A stretch of 63,314 bases of DNA, counting the filler. It is 3 parts of 3 records of this genome, joined end to end, with 100 filler letters (N's around TTAATTAATTAA, not from the genome) between each part and the next. Parts side by side here need not be neighbours in the genome. Positions count along the whole stretch, not along the records: positions 48,285 to 63,314 come from SRR31156797_1427; 2 more parts are not named here. One strand, 5' to 3'. A program made the translations under genes and the position numbers. The notes beneath the pieces were generated by a model, which worked only from the letters and a program-made list of their open reading frames with translations, did not search any database and had not been told where the DNA came from. Of the stretch, positions 58,757-63,314 are shown piece after piece; within the stretch, counting starts at the first letter, position 1, and the number at the start of each line of letters is the position of its first letter.

Positions 58757-61700
58757 TCAAGGGGTTAACCGATCCAGGATTTGTTCAACTTTCTGGAGAT
58801 CTTTCGGAAATACAATCGACCCCGTATGGATATTGAGCCTGTTGTCGGGGAGGAATCGATACCGGTTGGGGCGCTCATTTGCCAGTTTTACCAGATGTTC
58901 CCCGTTCTCCATACTCCCCTCAAGGAAGGTAAGGGTCAGCTTGTTTTTGCCCATATCCAATTTGTTGATACGAAGTTGCTTCAACCGCAGACGGATGGAC
59001 ATCAGGGCCAGCAGATTTTTGACCTCCGGCGGCGGGTTTCCGAAACGATCGTGAATTTCCCGGATCATTTCATCCAGCTCGGAATTTTCAATGAGCATGG
59101 AAAGACGTCGATAAAGATTTAACCTCACGTCCGTATCCATGATGTAGTCACCGGGCAAAAATGCCGGAATGTTGATATTAATTTCGGGATTCACCTCCTC
59201 GTGCCATTGCTCGCCTTTTAATTCCGTAACGGTTCTTTCAATCAGTCTGAGGTAAAGTTCGTATCCCACTGCCGAAATATGCCCTGACTGGGAAAAACCT
59301 AAGATATTGCCGCCCCCCCTGATTTTTAAATCATGCATGGCAAGGTGCAGCCCGGCTCCCAGGTTGGAAAAATCCATGAGGGCCTTCAGCCGTTTTTCCG
59401 CATCCCTTGTGAGTGTGGCATCCTTGGAGATCAACAGGTAAGCGTAGGCCTTCTCCCTGGCGCGCCCCACACGGCCACGCAGCTGGTATATCTGGGCCAG
59501 GCCCAGGCGATCCGCTTCGTTAATGATAATGGTATTGGCCGAAGGGATGTCCAGCCCTGATTCGATGATGGTGGTACACACAAGGACATCAATTTCCCTG
59601 CCCAAGAATCGCATCATGGCGTTTTCCAGTTCCCTTGGCTTCATCTGGCCGTGGGCCACTTCAAGATTGGCTTTCGGGACCAATCTTTTTAACTGATCAG
59701 CCATGTGAGCGATGTTTTTAACTTTGTTGTGTACAAAGAAAGTCTGTCCACCCCGTTTAAGTTCATTGTAAATGGCTCTTTTAATGGTGGCTTCATCATA
59801 GGGCGAAAGATAAGTTTCAATGGCCAGCCTGTCTCTGGGGGGTGTTTCGATGACACTCAGGTCTCTCACGCCCATCATGGACATTTGAAGCGTTCTGGGA
59901 ACCGGCGTGGCGGTTATGGCCAACACATCCACCAGTGCACGATATTTTTTTAGGGCTTCTTTCTGTTTGACGCCGAAACGCTGCTCTTCATCAATAATGA
60001 CCAATCCCAGGTCGGCGAACCCCACATCTTTCTGGAGTATTCGGTGGGTACCGATAAGGATGTTGATTTTCCCAGATCGGGCTTCCGCGACAATTTTGAC
60101 CTGTTCCGCCTTGGTTTTAAAGCGACTGAGAATACCGACGCTGACCCCGTGGGGAGCCATGCGCTTCTTAAAAGTTTCATAATGCTGCTCCGCCAGAACC
60201 GTAGTGGGCACCAGAAAAGCCACCTGTTTTCCATCGGAGACCACCTTGAAGGCGGCCCGGATGGCGATTTCCGTTTTTCCAAATCCCACGTCGCCGCAGA
60301 TGAGGCGGTCCATGGTGTTGTCCGATGAAAGATCCGCCAAAACATCATCAATGGCCTTGCTTTGATCATCGGTTTCCTCATGTTCAAAGGCCGATTCGAA
60401 TTCACGGAAATAGTGATCGGGTGGTGAAAACCTGAACCCTTTTCTGTATTTTCGGAGGGCGTACAGTTCCACAAGCTGTTTGGCGATCTTTTTGACGGAG
60501 TTCTTGGCTTTTTGTTTGGTCAGGGCCCAGGCGTGCCCCCCCAACTGGTCCAGCTTCGGGCCGTTTTCCTCAGCCCCGGCATACTTCTGCAGAACGCTGA
60601 CGCGGTCGGCCGGCAGATACAGCTTTGATTTGGAAGCATACTCAACAATGACAAAGTCATGGACCCGTTGTGCGATCTCCATGGTGGACAGTCCCTCATA
60701 GCGGCCGATGCCGTGCTCTTCATGAACCACCAGATCACCGGCTTTCAGCTGGCTGAAAGCTGACCAGGAAAGTCCCTGACGACGTTTTTTCTTAGCACGT
60801 CTCAGACCGGCCCGTCTCGTGCCGAAAATCTCGTCTTCACTCACCACATAGAGGCCCATCTCCGGCCAAGCAAAGCCCCTTGCCAGGCGATCCAGACAAA
60901 CGGAGAGTCCACGGCCCATCTCCTCTTCATGCCAGTCCTTCACCACCCGGTTCACATGAACATCATAATTGCTGAGGATTTCCTTCAATCGGTCGGCCTG
61001 TTGCCGGGTACTGCATGTCACCACCACCTGTGCGCCCGAAGAGAGCCAGGTCTCTATTTTGTGGGCAAAAGGCGCCATGGAAACCCTGCCTTTAGCGGCA
61101 AGCCGGATTTTCAGTTCATCTTCTATTTCAAAACGCCCTTCAATTTCCAGGGTTCTTTCGGTATTGTCATCACCGCCCACATTCAGTTCGGAAAACTCGA
61201 TTTTCTGATATCCTTTTGTGAGCTCTTTAAGTTGGGGGGGGGATACAAAAAGATCTTCAATATCCGGGAAAGGTTCTCCCCTGGCCGCGGATTCCTCCCG
61301 ATATTTTTCCGCGTCCTTCCGGAATTTTTTTTCTATTTTTCGGCCATTGGGGTCCATGAAACCGGGTTCCACCATCGTCAGGACGCTTTTTTCAGGCAGA
61401 TACCCCATCAATGTGTCAGGGCTTTCATAGAAATGATTCAACCAGGCTTCCTGGCCGGGAAATCCGCTGCTTGCGCCATAATGGCCGGGGAGCCGACCCA
61501 TGGACCTGGCCCGCTGGATGTTTTTTTGACCTTTGACGATCTCACAGGCAGGGAGCAGGGTCAACTCATGAAAGCTCTTTTCCGACCGCTGGCTGATGGG
61601 ATCGAACCGGCGGATGGATTCCAAGCGGTCTCCCCAGAACTCCAGGCGCACCGGCAAGGGGTACAGCGGGGAGAACACATCGATCACCCCCCCCCTGATG

Positions 61701-62299
61701 GAATAGTCGCCCCTCTCTTCCACCATTGAAGTGTGCTGGTAACCATTCTTTTGGAGGGTTTTGACCAACTCTTCCCGGTCCACCTCTTCCCCTGATTCCA
61801 GATATTCCAGGGCATCAATGAGTGCGATTTTAGGCATAACCCGGAAGCAAAGTGCTTCAAGAGAGGTGATCACCACGGGGTTCGGCTCCGTCATCAGAGC
61901 GTAAAGGGCGTTGATCCGTTCCGTGATCAGTTGACCGTGGGGGCTGAGGCCGGTTAAAGGTGACATGTCGTAGGGCGGAAACCGGTAAAGGCGTGTACCA
62001 TGGTTCCCGTTTTTCCTGGAACCCATGAAAAACCGGACTTCACGGTAAAACCGTTCAGCCCGTTTTTTTTCCGGAAGGATGACCAGGCAGGGCTTATCCA
62101 GATCATCCAGAAAACGGGCAAAACCATAGGCGCGGGCAGTACCTGATAGACCCGCAACCCTCATGGTCCGGTGTCCCTCCTCGACCCAATCGTTTAAATG
62201 GAGCAGGGGATTTTGCGCTACGCCTGAAATGTTGTTGAAATTTAGCAGAGAATTTTTTGATTCCAATGGTTTTTTAATGCCTTTGTCGAAAGCCGTCAA
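58757..62299 (-). CDS. mfd: Transcription-repair coupling factor
   Basis: VVHEEHGIG, GDVGFGKT, DEEQRFG, TATPVPRT and QLRGRVGR motifs; exact start uncertain. Confidence 0.97.
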   Translation of the reverse strand: MTAFDKGIKKPLESKNSLLNFNNISGVAQNPLLHLNDWVEEGHRTMRVAGLSGTARAYGFARFLDDLDKPCLVILPEKKRAERFYREVRFFMGSRKNGNHGTRLYRFPPYDMSPLTGLSPHGQLITERINALYALMTEPNPVVITSLEALCFRVMPKIALIDALEYLESGEEVDREELVKTLQKNGYQHTSMVEERGDYSIRGGVIDVFSPLYPLPVRLEFWGDRLESIRRFDPISQRSEKSFHELTLLPACEIVKGQKNIQRARSMGRLPGHYGASSGFPGQEAWLNHFYESPDTLMGYLPEKSVLTMVEPGFMDPNGRKIEKKFRKDAEKYREESAARGEPFPDIEDLFVSPPQLKELTKGYQKIEFSELNVGGDDNTERTLEIEGRFEIEDELKIRLAAKGRVSMAPFAHKIETWLSSGAQVVVTCSTRQQADRLKEILSNYDVHVNRVVKDWHEEEMGRGLSVCLDRLARGFAWPEMGLYVVSEDEIFGTRRAGLRRAKKKRRQGLSWSAFSQLKAGDLVVHEEHGIGRYEGLSTMEIAQRVHDFVIVEYASKSKLYLPADRVSVLQKYAGAEENGPKLDQLGGHAWALTKQKAKNSVKKIAKQLVELYALRKYRKGFRFSPPDHYFREFESAFEHEETDDQSKAIDDVLADLSSDNTMDRLICGDVGFGKTEIAIRAAFKVVSDGKQVAFLVPTTVLAEQHYETFKKRMAPHGVSVGILSRFKTKAEQVKIVAEARSGKINILIGTHRILQKDVGFADLGLVIIDEEQRFGVKQKEALKKYRALVDVLAITATPVPRTLQMSMMGVRDLSVIETPPRDRLAIETYLSPYDEATIKRAIYNELKRGGQTFFVHNKVKNIAHMADQLKRLVPKANLEVAHGQMKPRELENAMMRFLGREIDVLVCTTIIESGLDIPSANTIIINEADRLGLAQIYQLRGRVGRAREKAYAYLLISKDATLTRDAEKRLKALMDFSNLGAGLHLAMHDLKIRGGGNILGFSQSGHISAVGYELYLRLIERTVTELKGEQWHEEVNPEININIPAFLPGDYIMDTDVRLNLYRRLSMLIENSELDEMIREIHDRFGNPPPEVKNLLALMSIRLRLKQLRINKLDMGKNKLTLTFLEGSMENGEHLVKLANERPNRYRFLPDNRLNIHTGSIVFPKDLQKVEQILDRLTP

Positions 62300-62368
62300 A
62301 AAAATGTATTGAGTTCGACCGCTATGGGGAGCGACCCAATTCTTATTCGGTTAACCTTGGGTGAGAGT

Positions 62369-62857
62369 TTAGATATCGGAAATTACTTTCTTGAGACGAG
62401 CTGCTTCTGATTGTTTGAGCAGTTTATCCCAATCGTCAGGTGGATGTCCACGATTCAGCATCTTTTTAAATACCCGATACGCATCTGTTTTGCTCTCATA
62501 CGCACGTTTTGTGCCTTCCTCATTGACCCAGGCATAAACGATTATCTTGCTTTCCAAATGGTATCGAAAAAAGAGACGATATTGTTGGAAAAATTTTGCA
62601 CGAAACCAGTGTTTGTGATTGTTGCCGAGAGTTGTTCCCGGGCGATAATCAGCAAGCGTTGGATCTTGTGGTATGATGTCAAAAGATAGTTTTTCAATTG
62701 CCGCCAATCGTTTTGCTGCATTCTTTTTTGTGCAATCGGCGGGATCTTTCCGGCGCAGAAACTCAACCTGCGCTATTCGTTCTTCAACTTGTTTTAAAAA
62801 TAAGGAATGACCAAATATCTTCCATCCGTTAATGATCAAAAGTTTTGATATTGACAA
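62369..62857 (-). CDS. yhaV: Type II toxin YhaV (RelE-superfamily RNase)
   Basis: INGW, HWFRAKFFQQYRLFFRY, AWVN..TKRAY and PPDDW motifs. Confidence 0.93.
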   Translation of the reverse strand: MSISKLLIINGWKIFGHSLFLKQVEERIAQVEFLRRKDPADCTKKNAAKRLAAIEKLSFDIIPQDPTLADYRPGTTLGNNHKHWFRAKFFQQYRLFFRYHLESKIIVYAWVNEEGTKRAYESKTDAYRVFKKMLNRGHPPDDWDKLLKQSEAARLKKVISDI

Positions 62858-62859
62858 TC

Positions 62860-63186
62860 CTATTCGTCCTCATCAGAAAGTGGGCTATCCAAGTCAATTT
62901 CAACATCGGACACAAGTGGCCGGACGCGGTCAGGCAAATTAGAATCCATGGCACGAACATTCTGAGGATTTTGGCTAATATCATCGGCTAAAAACGTCAA
63001 GAATTTAGCTAAGACAGGATCATCTTCAGCCCGGTTTGCACGAGACATCATTACGCTTCCATCAGGTTGAACGGTATAACGTATTTTGTCTTTCTTTTCC
63101 AGACCTAGAACCTTTCTTATTATATTTGGAATTGTTGTCTGATATCGGTTTGTCAGCGTGGAATCACTGTATAATAATGGGGACAT
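62860..63186 (-). CDS. prlF: Antitoxin PrlF (SohA)
   Basis: STLTNRYQTTIP, DPVLAKFLTFLADDI and DLDSPL motifs; GGAGG RBS before ATG 63186. Confidence 0.93.
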   Translation of the reverse strand: MSPLLYSDSTLTNRYQTTIPNIIRKVLGLEKKDKIRYTVQPDGSVMMSRANRAEDDPVLAKFLTFLADDISQNPQNVRAMDSNLPDRVRPLVSDVEIDLDSPLSDEDE

Positions 63187-63222
63187 GGCCACACCTCCAG
63201 ACAGGAATAATTTTACACATCG

Positions 63223-63251
63223 AAAGTAATGCGTTTGCATTGTCTTGTCAA
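63223..63251 (-). promoter_or_regulatory. prlF-yhaV promoter with overlapping palindrome
   Basis: TTGACA-17 nt-TACTTT; AATGC-N4-GCATT at 63228-63241. Confidence 0.65.
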
Positions 63252-63314
63252 GTGTGGGACGCCCTTTATATTTTAGTATTTACGCGCAAGGTCCGATATG
63301 ATATAGACTGTGCA

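Noticed and set aside
62300..62368. GTTCGA T-loop-like motif between mfd and yhaV
   Set aside because: No cloverleaf or CCA end can be built, so it is not a tRNA or a supportable att site.
48423..62766. Numerous overlapping and antisense ORFs in contig 3 (e.g. 60929-61729, 51715-52275, 54728-55210)
   Set aside because: Shadow frames of well-supported genes in GC-richer DNA, with no recognisable motifs. The same applies to the short antisense ORFs in contigs 1 and 2.

Overview
The window is not one chromosome. It is three unrelated contigs joined by artificial 100-nt linkers (N44-TTAATTAATTAA-N44 at 16218-16317 and 48185-48284). Contig 1 (1-16217) is AT-rich and looks like Bacteroidota, judged from T9SS cargo proteins, a TAnnTTTG promoter and the mnmG-uvrC-dtd-mazG-deoC gene order. 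It holds a surface-polysaccharide fragment, a FadL porin, two T9SS-secreted proteins and two parS sites beside mnmG. Contig 2 (16318-48184) is from a spore-forming Clostridia (yunB, ylbJ, gpr, spoIIP). It carries asnS, tilS-hpt, PBP1A, an AraC-GH51 arabinofuranosidase locus and an unusual isomerase/cysteine desulfurase/AraC operon. Contig 3 (48285-63314) is GC-richer and looks like Desulfobacterota: prlF-yhaV toxin-antitoxin, mfd, two parvulins, rodZ, tyrS, rpoH, a TPR protein and LPS glycosyltransferases. I found no rRNA, tRNA, CRISPR or intact transposase. The best leads are: an unexplained 21-bp-period array of a CTCGGAGAA core with unique spacers (194-414); the isomerase-desulfurase operon; a promoter-driven structured leader at the edge of contig 2; a parS site encoded inside the ade CDS; and two small genes missed by the ORF track. 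All family calls come from motif recognition by eye, not from database searches.
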